Source: Leptogorgia sarmentosa
Lineage: Eukaryota
Assembly (NCBI GenBank): GCA_964658305.1
Contig: OZ210884.1
Span: 3,162,001-3,226,000 of the forward strand
DNA length: 64,000 nt
Direction: 5' to 3'
Under the pieces are notes generated by a model. The model did not search any database, had not been told where the DNA came from, and saw only the letters and a program-made list of their open reading frames with translations. The translations under genes and the position numbers were made by a program. Shown one piece after another: positions 24,901 through 39,900 of the stretch (positions are counted from its first letter, which is position 1; each line of letters begins with the position of its first letter).

Positions 24901-27900
24901 ATTATACTTTCGTGTTTCATGAGATAAACGAATGTGACGGTGTTAACGATTGCCACGACAATTCTACGTGCACGAATACTGTTGGTTCCCATAACTGTAC
25001 ATGTAAGAAAGGATTTGAAGGCAATGGAATAAACTGCATTGGTACGGGGAAAACACTTTAACACTTTCATCAAAATTATGATGTTCATTACATGTGCATG
25101 TTTAATAATAATAATAATAATAATAATGTTTTGGAAAACCGGCCTAAAGTGGAAATACTTACATTCACATATATTTCTTATATGTAGCTAACTCTTAATA
25201 GAATATTAATTACATACTACGAATGATAAAACTTCGTATTAGGAGTGTTGTGTTGAAAACTTAATAGAGACTTGCGAAAATGACAGCATCAACATACGTG
25301 TACACACGTAACTGCTGCATGCATGATTGTACGAAACCGTTGTGCTTCATACATGGGCATAAATCAATGTTCTTTCCAATAATATGCCATCGCAAGACTG
25401 CAAAAGGACAGTTTTAGGCGGTGCCAATTTTGGCAAAGATACGCTGACCTCTCCACCACCTAAAATATTATTAACAAATGTTGTCAATAGCATGTTCAGT
25501 ACTAGCTGTATTACCACGGTCAGTTGCATAGAAATTATCCCCGGCGCCGTCCGGGCGTTACCCCGGGGCGAGGGTTATAATTCTGCACGGCTATTTGCAC
25601 CCGGGTAATGGGCAGCATAGCTGAGAAATCACAATCATGTCGGTTGTTGTGTAGAGAATTATATCACATCTATAGCAAATTAAGCATTCCTCTGCGCGAC
25701 TGAGAACATGTTGTTATTTTCAACGATCGATTATTTGTGCTTGGCAAACGTTAAGATCATTGGATATAAAGTTTAGCAGTTTAATGTGTTTTATCCAGCT
25801 GGGATTTTCTCTAAAAGTTTACAATAAAGAATGAAAGTCCCCACAAAAACCAGCTATAGGTGGCTTCATAACTTATGCAGTCTTCAACTTGCATGACACA
25901 ATTGACGAATACGTTTCGACATTCCTTAACTTAAGATGCCCAGTTTATTCATGCAATGAGTTAAATTTCATGCATAAATATAATGTTTTATAAGTTGAAA
26001 ATGTAGAAATGGAAACTTGGGAATAATATATTAAACTCATATAAAATTAAACTGCTCAATCAAAAGCTCATATTTAACTGCTTAATTTCTAACAGTTCTT
26101 AACATAGGTGCTCATACGATTGGATGAGTAGCTTTTAAATATATTTCCAGAACAGATATATTTTACACGTACACGCTTTTGAAAGAATTGTAATATTTAT
26201 AGATCATAACATTTGCATGATATATATAAAAGTTTTGTCCTAAAATACAATAGGATCAGCCTACGATGCTTCCAATACAACAGCACAAGTGCTGAGATTA
26301 TATTATATTCGTATTAATAGTATACCAATTTATTTAATGTTAAAGCCCAACGTGCGTAGATAAGTCTGAGTCAAACGAAAGAACTTAATAAATATACATG
26401 CACAAGTAACGTCTTAATACATCGTTATAGCAGGGATAGTGACGTGCCAAATTCAAATTTCAATCGGGCGCACATGCTTAAAATTCATGAACAGAAGATA
26501 GGAAATATTTTGTTATTTATTACATTATTTATACATAAAGCACTTGGCGAAATTTTCTAGATATTGATGAATGTTCTGTGGGAAGCCACAACTGCCACGA
26601 CAACGCTACTTGTGAAGACACAGACGGTTCGTTTAATTGTACTTGTAAGACTGGCTATTCAGGAGACGGAACAGATTGCCAAGGTGAGTTCAGAAAGTGC
26701 CGGAGTTTTCAGTTTTTAATATTTACCTTTTAAAGACAAAAACCACCCATTCTAATTGCAATTATTGAAAATTACAGAAAACAGGAGTCATTAAATTTTA
26801 GTATTAGAAATTTAGTAGCTATATAAATATTTTAAGTGTTATTGAAAAAAATGGTAGCTAATTATTTTGCTTAACACGAGAATAAACCCTTTTGAGTTAC
26901 GTCATCTGCCCGAGGACCTCGCTCTAGCTCATTTTGTTATTATACTTCGAGAACATACAACTAACTGGTCATTTAAAATAACTCAAGTTTATTGGACAGG
27001 AAACGTGTTCTATAGATGCACCAGTTTAGTTGTCAGCGTGAATGACTTTCACATTTGTGATTGTTTGATTTCGAAGATGTCGATGAATGTTCTGAAGGAA
27101 CTGCAAATTGCCATAGTCATGCTTCATGTACGAACACAGCTGGGTTGTACTCGTATTCTCTTTCTGAAAATAATGCTATAGCTACAGTTACATTTCTCCT
27201 TTAGATATCGATGAATGCGCTGAAGGGACGGACATTTGTTCAGCAAACGCTCTCTGTAATAATCAAATCGGAACCCATAAATGTCATTGTAAAGATGGCT
27301 ATGAAGGAAATGGATTTCAATGTGGTTTGTATAACAATATTCATATTCACGTGATTGGCGGGCGTGTTTTATAGATTCAGAATAACATATGATAAGTTGT
27401 TTTGAAAATTCAATCATCCTACGGGCAGGTTGTTAACTGGTATTACCAGAATTACCGGAAGTAAACTATGAGATGGTTGTTGAAATTGCCCAACACAAAG
27501 AAAGAAATTAGCACATTAACATTAGGTTCAACAAATGAAAAGCTGTAGGCCTTGATAAACAAGAAGTTATTGATCTTAAATTATCTTTTATCGTGCACAA
27601 TTGATACAACCATGGTCACACATCATTTCAGTCAGAAAGCGCACTTCCATCGTTGAGAAAGACGTTTGTTTGAGTTATTTAGCTATTCTTACCTTTTCTG
27701 TATTTTCTGTTTTTAGACGATATAAATGAATGCACAGCCACACCACCAAAATGTAATGCTCCTGGTCAAAGATGTACAAACTATGAAGGATCATATCGCT
27801 GTAGCTGCATCAGTCCTAGACAACAACTTAATGAAGATGAATCAGCTTGCATTAGTAAGTATAAAGTATTTAATTACACAACTAACGTGAGATGGCTGGG

Positions 27901-30900
27901 ACTATGTGCGCATGGTAACAATTTGTTCCAACTCGCAATTTGTTCACATCAATTTTTTTTGTTGCAGCGATGGTAACAAAGTGAACTAACTAAGTTTCTC
28001 AAATTCATCAAAGTAGAGTAATTTTAATTATTTTTATTCCTAGATGTGGCTGCATCTGTCCAGGGTGGAATAAGAATTATCAATTTTGAATACAAACCTG
28101 AATTCAATGACCCAAACAGCGCAGCATATATCGAAATCACCCAAGTAATAATCGTTGAGGTGCGAAAAAATGTTCATTATTTTTCCATAAGAAACTGCAA
28201 TGCCTACACTGCTCCCTGATCAGCCTGAGGCCGATTTGCGTAAAAATGAAGAAAATGTGGCGGGAGTGGTGGCAACAACGTTTTTTAATGTTTAATGTTA
28301 TTTATACATGCAAGCTTTTTACATCTTTCATATCGTTTTTTATTCTTGAAATATTTTCACTTTCACTGAACTGTCCGCCATCTTCGATTACTTAGCGATA
28401 TGCATGTGGCGTCAATGGGGTATAAAATTGCCATTTCATCTTGTAGCTGGAGTTGAATATCAGAAGAACCAGATTTGGAGCCATTCTTATTCGAATTATT
28501 ATTATAAGAATATAGTAAGTAGTAATTAATTATTTATTTACTAATTCAATTAAGCAGCAGCGTGTTATGTACCGAAACATACAATTTCTATCATTGATCA
28601 ATACATCATAACTCATGAGAGTGAAACATTGTGCTACCACTTAGTGGTAGCGATTGTGGATATATTAGTTTGATAACAACAACAACTTGTTCGCAATCAT
28701 TAACACATTACAAAATACAAAAGAAAGCAACATCGTTCTTCGGTAGCTCAATTTTTTTGTACTTTTTTACAGCGCGGGATCAGTGGGCGTCGACTACGTG
28801 GCGACATTCAACAACACAGCTGGTGTAAGTGATGATAACTTGAAAACTGAATTGGCAAGTTCATTAGATGTCTCAAATAATGGAACGTTTCTTGGGAAAT
28901 TGAAACTAAGCGAAGAGACTGATCCAACGAAAGCCATTGAAGTTTTGGAATTTTCAGGTGAGGTCAATATACATTAATTTTTTATATATTATATAATAAT
29001 TATATTCTAGAAACACTTGGTCATGACTTGACTAATTGAAATTTTAAATGGAATAAATCAGTCGACAAAAATTATTTATATTAGAGAAAGTATCTATTCC
29101 AGAACGAATGCCGTATAAAAAATTTTATAATTTTAGTACACTTATGTTTTATTTGTTTGTCTTTAGATGTTGATGAATGCAATTCTTCTACAACGAACGA
29201 TTGCCACGCCCAGGCAAATTGCACAAATACAGAGGGTTCCTATATTTGCAAATGTAAGGAAGGATATTCAGGAGATGGCACCGCTTGCGGTACGAGCATT
29301 TTTTTTTAATTTCTCTCTGCGAAAGCAATCTTAGCAATATAATTTGAAGTCGTGTGTACGACTGGATATTAAATTAAGTTCGTTAAGACAAGTTTGGAAA
29401 TGTGAAATAGCCAAATTCTACTTGAGGGTCGAATTAAAAAATGTCTTAGCATCTTGAACACTTTGATTCTTGAACCACAGCGCGAAGCGCCGTCCGGGCG
29501 TTAGCCCAGGGCGAGGGTAATAATTCCGCACGGCTATTTGCACCCGGATAATGGGCAGCATAGCGGAGTCCAAAGTTACTCGATTTGGCCGCCATTTTGG
29601 GTCATCGTCGAAGGGTGGTCATCACTGATCTCAAAAATATTGCGGACTATCATGAAGAGCCGAACCTTTTTAAAGCTTTCAAGGAGCTTCTTAAAGCTTT
29701 GGAAAGGGGAAAACAAAGACAAAATCTGCGCGTAAGACTTTAAAAGCCTTCTCGGAAGATATAAAATGCTGAGAAATGGGACGAAACGACCATGGATTGA
29801 AACACAGGATAAGTTCGTCAACATAATAATTGTCGGCCGTGAACTTTTGTTTTGCGTATATTTACTATTTGCATGAAAGGTCGCCAGCCGTAGCCGCCTT
29901 TAATTAACCAATTCACGGCTCAATTCCAGAGTGTAAGTTTATGTTTTTAAATGCAATACTTCACAAAAATATTTACAAATTTTACTCAAAAGAACACGAG
30001 CGAACACTGGAGTCTGGCTGGAAATTGTTTCATATCAAAGACTGACCTGAATATTTAAAAGCATGGCTAGAAATATGCGACATGCAGTATTACGCAATGG
30101 GCATTCGGACTTTCAAAATGCTCGTAAATTTATAGTATGCAGCAACGCAAAATAGTATGTTTTCTTACATGCGAAGTATAAACATGGTAAATCGACTTGT
30201 AGCGAATCGAAAAAGCAAAATATTGTGATATTTAGAAGCCGATAAACCTTGTCCCCGAGCGATTCAAACGTATCTATGGATTGTAGCGTATTAGCCGCCA
30301 TTAATCATCAATTCTTATATACTTCACTGAAAGAGAGCGGTGTTTTAGGATACATGAAATACAGATTCCAACATGCGAAGCTTGATTTGTCAAGATGGGG
30401 TTTCGGCGGCTTAAATTAATATAAAACCTATAAAAGGTTACGTATCTTTCCCTTGTCCAGCTTTACGTTTATGTTCGGCAAAGTGCTTCGCTTTGCTTGA
30501 AATATCCATAACTATCGAACATAAACGTAAAGCTGGACAAGGGAAAGATACGTAACCTTTTATAGGTTTTATATTAGTTGAAGCCGCCGAAACCCCATCT
30601 TGACAAATCAAGCTTCGCATGTTGGAATTTGTATTTCATGTATCCTAAAACACCGCTCTCTTTCAGTGAAGTATATAAGAATTGATGATTAATGGCGGCT
30701 AATACGCTACAATCCATAGATACGTTTGAATCGCTCGGGGACAAGGTTTATCGGCTTCTAAATATCACAATATTTTGCTTTTTTGATTCGCTACAAGTCG
30801 ATTTACCATGTTTATACTTCGCATGTAAGAAAACATACTATTTTGCGTTGCTGCATACTATAAATTTACGAACATTTTGAAAGTCCGAATGCCCATTGCG

Positions 30901-33900
30901 TAATACTGCATGTCGCATATTTCTAGCCATGACGTTGTATGCAAACAAATGTAGCATTTCGCACCAAATTCAAGTTTATATTAGTCTAAATAGCGTACGG
31001 TTAACAAATGGTTCTCCATATAAAAAAAATGCCAATAAAACAAAGATAAATATATGTTATTTACCAGCGGTGAGGTCCGTACTGGAAAATATTTTGTTGA
31101 GGTTTTAAAAAACGGCCCGAGGCCAAAGGCCAAGGGACGTTTTTGGGACCGACCTAAATGGTAAATAACTTATTTATTTTTTTTCTCCTCGATGTTATGA
31201 TAAAATTCGTCAAAAATTCCAGTGTTGCGAACTAGTTTTTTAGATCAGTTTGTTTGTTTACTTTGCTACTACATCGCAATATGGCTGCTAAACAGCAAAC
31301 ACGAAGTGATAAAAAACCCTTCAATATTGACGCATTTGCTTCAATATTGACACTTTTCCACTCAACATTGCTACGAAAAAGGTAAACTTATCAAAATTAT
31401 TTATTTCCCGTTCGTTTCACGATACAAACATGGTTAAAATACACTTTAGACACCGAAATGTTTCGCCGAGAATGTTTTGTTTTGTTCATATTGATGAGAC
31501 TTGTTTTTGTTGCTGTAAATATCCCCTAAAATATCCCTTAGCATAATAAAATGAACTTTCATGTGTTCTTTATCGCCTAAATTCGTTTTGAATGTTTTAA
31601 AAAAAACTTTAAAAATTTAAAGGGAGTCTTTGTAAACAAAATAAATCGCTAAAAAATAACACTTTTGGACCACGGTCAAGATATCGTAAAAAGCCGCCCG
31701 CTGCTGCAGCCAATCAGATTGAAGGAAATCAAAAAATATCACTAGGCATGCACAAATAAAAAAAAAATTTTCACTTATTTTTCGCTCATGTCTTGCGAAT
31801 TATTATAATCAATAGTTACTAGCAAGAAAGTGCTTGTTCTACAGTGAAAATCAAAGATTTCTGTTGCTTTTGTTGTTATTTTAAGGGCGTTTTAGGATTG
31901 TGAAAAATAATTGGCGTTCAACTCGTAGTGATGGAATGAAAATTATTTTTTAAAATAATTATTTTAATTAAAAATGCAAAGATAAATTGCGATTCCATTC
32001 AAAACAGCCAACAACGTCTAGAACAATGGGCGATTCTAAAACGATTCGGTAACGTACATTCTTGCAATATAATTGTAAAATGGAAATTGTCGCACGAACG
32101 CAATTTTTAACTTTTCAATATGTGTATGCCTTGATATAGCTAATCCATTGTTTTTGCGTATCGAAATTGCTGTAAGGAGAAATTTTACCCATGTTTACTC
32201 GCGTAAAATTAGGACATAATACATTATCGCTTCTGGGAAATGAAATTGGTTCTTTTCTTATATAGTTGATATAGATGAATGTGCCAGCGGACAATGTGCA
32301 GACTATGACAAGAGGTGCATAAATGTCCCAGGATCATTCAGATGTGACTGCAGGAGTCCGGGAAGCCGACTGAGCGAAGATGGATCAACATGTAATAGTA
32401 TGTATAAAATCTGCATCATGCAGAATTGGTCTTCTATATGATCTGCTATTTTTCGAAATATTCAATTCCCATGGTTTATACTTAAACATATACCTGTAAT
32501 TATCAAGTAACAAGGCCGGTCAACAATCTCTCTTAAGTCCCTTTAAACGATCACGATTAAGTCATCTTTCGATTAAGTCATCTTTCATGTCAAAATGGAA
32601 CTTTATTGCAATACAAGTACAATGCGTGGGAGTAAACGCGGCTAATTATTAGCTATTCACAGGCCAGCATAATTTCGCAATCATGTCCTTTATTTCTCGT
32701 CATGTTTAGTTTTATCAACAAGTATAGTACTGTATTATTATATGCTTTAGGCAGTAACTGTATTTTTAATTAGACAGCTCTATTAGTTTCATAATTTTAT
32801 TGCAGTATACATAAGAAAACTAAACTATAGTCAATATGTGCCTTAAATTGACGATGCTTATCCACATTTTTTGAAATACTTCATTTTTACTAGATGTTGC
32901 AGCGTCTTTTCGGGGTCGATTGACAATCATAAATGTTGTTTTCATCTTGGCGTTCAACAATGAAGCAAGCAAGGAATATTTTGAAATTACTCGAAATATT
33001 ATAATGGAGGTACGAAATTTCCACATTACTCATTTTTATTATTTTAAGAATGTATTAAAGTTTGTCAACGCGCGCACGCGCTCTAACGATCTTAAAGTGG
33101 AGGGAAAATCGTCTTGTATACACAAATATATTCAGGATGTCTAAAAGAGAAACGGGAGAAATTAGAGATCGCTCTGATATTCTCAAAGCGGCTCGGGATG
33201 CGATTACGAACCATAAAATTCCTCGCTTAAACGTTTAAAAATATTTTTGAATTGATTAAGAGGATCATTTTTCCCATGTCATGTATTTTCAACGAAATGT
33301 GTTCAAAACCAGATTTCTTTTTCACGTTCCTCTCAAAATCAAATTATTCTATGATTATTGTCTCCACAAAACAGTTTGCTATCTTCGAAACTATGTCTGG
33401 GTATTGAGAAACTAAAAGGAACATTAAAATTATAAACATTGATGTTCGTATAACCAGCGCAACATGAATAAAGCCTTAATTGATTTCAGCAGTAAATGCA
33501 AGATTTCAAACGTAATTTTCTCTTTTGGCGTAAATCTTTTTATTTTCGTTTTTTTAGCGTGAGATACGCGACGTACAGAAGATACTCGTTTCAATAGACA
33601 CCTTGTCGAGTTTTGTATTTCTGTTCAAAATTAAAAAAAAAGGAATTTGGCCTTTCAAACTCTGGGCATACTTACGTTTTTTAGAATAGTTAGCTTTTTA
33701 CATGCTTAATATACACTTGTAATGCAATCAGGTAATTAGGGATGCAAAAACACGAACCTTTGCGCAACGTATTGAATAGCTTATGAACTCTGGCCGTTTT
33801 CTAAACATTGAACAGCAAACCAACCCCCAACAATGTTTTTGCTCATCAACTCAAAATTACATTTAAGCCCATAAAAATAGTACCTAAAAACGGATCAATA

Positions 33901-36900
33901 CCACTGTCACTTAATTAAATCGGTGTAAATATTTTCTCTTTAGCTGAAGGCACTGTTAGTGAATTCATTCCTGCGTGTCAATGGTCCACAGTTCGTTATT
34001 CTAGGCCTATCGTAAGTAGAACACAAAACAGTTTTCGCTTTGCACCCGGTTTGGAAGCTTACTCACAAAACAATACAGCTCATTGTCCACGTCATTGTCC
34101 AGGTTTATGCAAAATTCCGTTCCTATCTCATCACGTGCCTGTTGTATTTTTGCCCAAACAACCAATTCCTGATTGCATGTTAGCCTCGATTTTCAACGGA
34201 AAAATCAGCTAAATTAGACATTTATCATTGGTTGACTCAAAGTAAGTATAATGGACACGTGATGAGATAGGTACCCTATTTTTCCATGAACCTATCCCAA
34301 CATAGATAATGAGCAGTATTGAGTTTTTAGTATGTGGTTTTTATTTGTGAATTTTTCCCAACCATTTGTGAATCTTCGAATATAATAGAATATAAATCAA
34401 CCCTGAAGACTGAATCGACATTATGACATTATTGGGTTTAAAACATGGATAAATATTATCTACTATGGGCATTTTTGCATTTTTGTAATTTTCACCTTCA
34501 ATATACATTTTCAGAAACGGGTCCACCATTGCAGACTATTTAATAACATTCAATGACACAGATGGATTAAATATTACAAAAATACAGAATGAACTCGCTG
34601 CCAATTTGAATGAAACAAATGAGGGTTTCTTTCTCGGCGCTGATTTTCAACTCAGTAACAGTACAGGTGTTGCTCGCGCATCACTTTTTCCAATTTCAGG
34701 TATGTGCATGCAGCATCTCACATGATATAAACTTCGTCATGCATGTGTGATCTCTATATGTCATCAGGCTCTTTATCTGCGTGCAGATCGTGCAATATTT
34801 ATACTCTTTAAGGAATAGAAAACATTTTCCATGTTTACATCGAGTTATGTAAACACGAGTGCAAGTTTGGGAGAACCAGAAATGTGTGCAAACACGAGCC
34901 CGAAAGGCGAGTGTTTCCACAGATTTCGAGTTCTCCCAAAATTGCGCGAGTGTTTACATAACTCAAGTTAAGGTTACAGGAGACCCTACGCGCAGGTTTC
35001 GGGAGATTTACCATTACTCGGCGAATTTTTATCCAATTTCTCTCAAATTTTCTCCAAATATAGTCAGATAGATGAAAAAAAACATAGGGTTATAAAATAT
35101 ATCAGAAAGAAATAACTTTCCTGAATATTGTTACAAGTTTAAGTTTATGGGACCTTCGCGCGGCGAGCTACGTTAGATGTAGGTTTCACTAAAATCCTGT
35201 CAATCTATCATTTTTACTCTTCTCGAGTATTGCACTAAAAAAGGGTGTTCGCGCGAGTTTTACAAGCCTTTCGTTGCAAAATTACAGATTTTTTTCGTGC
35301 ATTCGTTGCAATATAACAAAGGTCGGGAAAGAACACGTCTTAGCTATGTAACCCCTGAAGCAACGATAAAATGCGAACACCCTTTTTTAGTGCAATACTC
35401 GAGAATAGTAAAAATGATAGATTGACAGGATTTTAGTGAAACCTACATCTAACGTAGCTCGCCGCGCGAAGGTCCCATAAACTTAAACTTGTAACAATAT
35501 TCAGGAAAGTTATTTCTTTCTGATATATTTTATAACCCTATGTTTTTTTTCATCTATCTGACTATATTTGGAGAAAATTTGAGAGAAATTGGATAAAAAT
35601 TCGCCGAGTAATGGTAAATCTCCCGAAACCTGCGCGTAGGGTCTCCTGTAACCTTAAACATGGAAAATGTTTTCTATTCCTTTTATAAAATAACACGATG
35701 ACAAAAGCGGAATAACGCAATAGCGAGAAGCAGCGGGAAATAGCTGTGTGTTTACATAATCTCACATCTACACGGCTGTTATGTTAGATTACATAATATG
35801 GTTATTAACGCCTTATCAACATTCTGCAGCTGAAATTGTGCTACTTATTCTTCTGCCTTTGTAAGGAATCCATTTAAATAGCTGTTTTGAAAGTTCGCTG
35901 ATTCAATAAAGGTTCACGATAACTAGCTTCTATATGTAACCAATCTTTAACTCGCAACATACAGGGTGAGTCCGAAAATCCTGATGCCTTTGAAATTCAA
36001 ATTAGCTGCGTTTCATCAATACGATAAATAAAATACACCTATACTAAAATAACCTGTAGTTATAAATTAAGATTTGACATTTGATGTCAACATTGACCAA
36101 TGAATCCTGAAATGTAGCTACTGACTCTGTACTATACATTGTTATTACAGTAGCGTAGCCAGCCCGACAATTTGGTCATGCTATGCAAATTTCACATAAA
36201 ATAAATAGAGGATATTATACACAGCGGTGCGAAGATATGAATTTTATCTTCGAGTGGTGAAAGCAATATTTTGCGAATGAGCGCAGCGAATGAGTAAAAT
36301 ATCATTTCACCACGAGAAGATAAAATTCATATCTTCAAATCGCCGTGTAATGTTTATTTTATTATATAGTCGTAAAAGGCCAGTCGGCAATATTAATTTT
36401 GGGTCGATAATGCTAAATTTTTCAACGAAATACATCAAATTATCCAAATTCAAAGAATACCTGGGCATAATTTTAGTCTTTTGTTGTAGTATTTTCATTT
36501 TATCGACAATTTCATTTTATCGATTGACATATTTCCATGGAACAAAGAAAAAAATTGGTAATCTTCACTGACATTCTTGGAGCGCGGACAGCCGGTTACT
36601 CCTGGGCACAGCTGTTTCGAGGTTCACTGTATAGGATCTCGCGCCTTCTGTATATTTGCTCAGACATCCTACTTCTCCTTCTCTTGTTGAGATCCCTCGT
36701 AATTCATCGCCAATCTAAACTTATCTCACATGTCTTTTAGATTTTGATGAATGCACGAGTGATAATGATTGTTCTTCAGATGCAACATGTATGAATACCG
36801 CTGGAAGCTACGCATGTCTTTGTAAAGTAGGCTATACAGGCAATGGGATCCAATGTTGTGAGTAAATATATTTGGCCTTTTTATGCCACGACAATAGGAA

Positions 36901-39900
36901 AGAAGTTAGTTTTGCTTATGCAATCAAAACGTTACCACTCCTGGTTGTTCTAAGAATGACAAAATGAGCAATATTGGTGGTGTTCATGTATGAAAATCAA
37001 TTCTGAAAATAAATTCCTGGGAAAAATTGCGATTATACCTGTGGGAAATGACCGTGTATTCCCCAAGCAATGGACAACGATTTGAATCTAAATTCATATA
37101 TTGTTGAATAAACTAGCATTATGGCATCATATCAATTGATACAAAAAGCTCTTTTGTAAGGATACGAACCTATCCAACATTTCTCGATTTTTTCTCGCTA
37201 TATACCTGAATCATTTTTTCTTCTCATTTATATATAAATGAGCATGCTCGCGGAAGTCGTCCATAGCATCACCCCTTAATGCTTTATAGCGCCGTGCTTG
37301 CATTGCTGGTCAGCAACACAGCGAACACGTCGTAAAATACGAACTAAATGGTTAATCGCTATAATTATGGTGATCATCGTGGTAATTAGTTAACAAGTAT
37401 CATTATTTTTCATATATAGCTGATATGAATGAATGCGAATCCGGACAATGTGCAGGGTTTGACAAAAGATGCATCAATGTTCCAGGAGCATTTACCTGCC
37501 ATTGCATCAGTCCCAGAAGACGACTGAGTGAAGACGGTTCAACATGTACAAGTATGTATAAAATATGTGTTCTGTATTATTAATTTCTCGTGAAATCAAT
37601 TGTTTTTTGAAGATCTGACAACACCAATATATAAATATTTGCCCGTAATTATCAATCTTTCGCGGCCGCTGCAATTCATATTATTTTTAAAGCTTATTGT
37701 TACCTATAATTATCATGTAAATAGAGTACTGCAATTATTGACATTTCTAGATCAACCATCATCTCGCCCATCTTTCGAACAGTTTCAATCGATTTTAAGA
37801 AGTTTATATGACTGGTTTTTACGCTGAAATCACGGTTTTGTCAATCGTCCTGAACCATAGTCGTTTTTTAATGTTAAAAATGAGTAAATTCTAGAAAGAT
37901 TCAGCTTTCCAATTGTGATGGACCTATGACAACAACGAAATTATTGCTTAATTAACCAAGAATTCGAAAGCCCAAAGAATTAATTTGAATGTATTTTAAA
38001 AGAAGTTAATACAGGAGACCAAGTACTTACAGTCATCTTTCAGCTCAAATTAGAACTTCATTGCAATACATGTACATTGCGTGGGAGTAAACGCGGTTAA
38101 TTATTATTCAAAGGCCAGCATAACTTCGCAATCACGTCCTTTATTTCTCGTCATGTTTAATTTTATCATCAAGTAGTACTGTAGTATTTTATGCTTTAGG
38201 CAGTAACTGTATTTTATTTAGGCAGCTCTATTAGTTTCATAATTTTATGGCAGTATACATAAGAAAACTAAACTATAGTCAATATGTGCCTTAAATTCAC
38301 GATGCTCATCCACATTTTTTGAAATACTTCATTTTTACTAGATGTTGCAGCGTCTTTTCGGGGTCGACTGATAATCATAAATGTTGTTTTCATCTTGGCG
38401 TTCAACAATGAAACAAGCAAGGAATATTTTGAAATTACTCAAAATATTATAATGGCGGTATGAAATTTCCATCGACTCATTTTTATTATTTTAAGAACGT
38501 ATTAAATTTTGTCAACGCACGCGCACTAACAGTTTTAAAGTGGAGGGAAAATCGTCTCGTACCCAAATATATTCAGGATGTCTAAAAGAGAAACGGGACA
38601 AATTAGAGATCGCTCTGATGTTCGCAAATTAGCGGCTCGGGGTACGAACGAATGATTTGATTAACAGCAACCTTGTCGAGTTTTGTATTTCTGTTCAAAA
38701 TAAAAAAGGAATTTGGCCCTTCAAAACTCTGGGCATACTTACGTTTTTTCAGAATAGTTAGCAATTTGTACATGCTTAATATACACTTGTAATGCATCAG
38801 GTAATTAGGGATGCAAAAACACGAACCTTTGCGCAACGTATTGAATAGCTTATGAACTCTGGCCGTTTTCTAAACATTGAACAGCAAACCAACCCCCAAC
38901 AATGTTTTTGCTCATCAACTCAAAATTACATTTAAGCCCATGAAAATAGTACCTAAAAACGGATCAATACCACTGTCACTTAATTAAATCGGTGTAAATA
39001 TTTTCTCTTTAGCTGAAGGCACTGTTAGAGAATTCAGTCCTGCGTGTCAATGGTCCACAGGTCGTTATTCTAGGCCTATCGTAAGTAGAACACAAAACAG
39101 TTTTCGCTTTGCACCCGGTTTGGAAGCTTACTCACAAAACAATACAGCTCATTGTCCACGTCATTGTCCAGGTTTATGCAAAATTCCGTTCCTATCTCAT
39201 CACGTGCCTGTTGTATTTTTGCCCAAACAACCAATTCCTGATTGCATGTTAGCCTCGACTTTTAACGGAAAAATCAGCTAAATTAGACATTTATCATTGG
39301 TTGACTCAAAGTAAGTATAATGGACACGTGATGAGATAGGTACCCTATTTTTCCATGAACCTATCCCAACATAGATAATGAGCAGTATTCAGTTTTTTGT
39401 ATGTGGTTTTTAATACTGCAACAGACACCGCGTTAAAACAGCCTTTCGATTATCACTTTGATTCTATTATCACATTTCGATTGGCTGCTTTAAATGAATT
39501 GATTGTATTAATTATTTTAATGTAGAACACAGACAACCATTTGTGAATCTTCGAATATAATAGAATATAAATCAACCCTGAAGACTGAATCGACATTATG
39601 ACATTATTGGGTTTAAAACATGGATAAATATTATCTACTATGAGTATTTTTGCATTTTTGTAATTTTCACCTTCAATATACATTTTCAGAAACGGGTCCA
39701 CCATCGCAGACTATTTAATAACATTCAATGACACAGATGGATTAAATATTACAAAAATACAGAATGAACTCGCTGCCAAATTGAATGAAACAAATGAGGG
39801 TTTCTTTCTCGGCCCTTATTTTCAACTCAGTAACAGTACAGGTGTTCCTCGCGCATCACTTTTTCCAATTTCAGGTATGTGCATGCAGCATCTCACATGA

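Noticed and set aside
30113..30880. Two near-identical 62-aa ORFs on opposite strands
   Set aside because: A consequence of the palindrome, with no recognisable domain.
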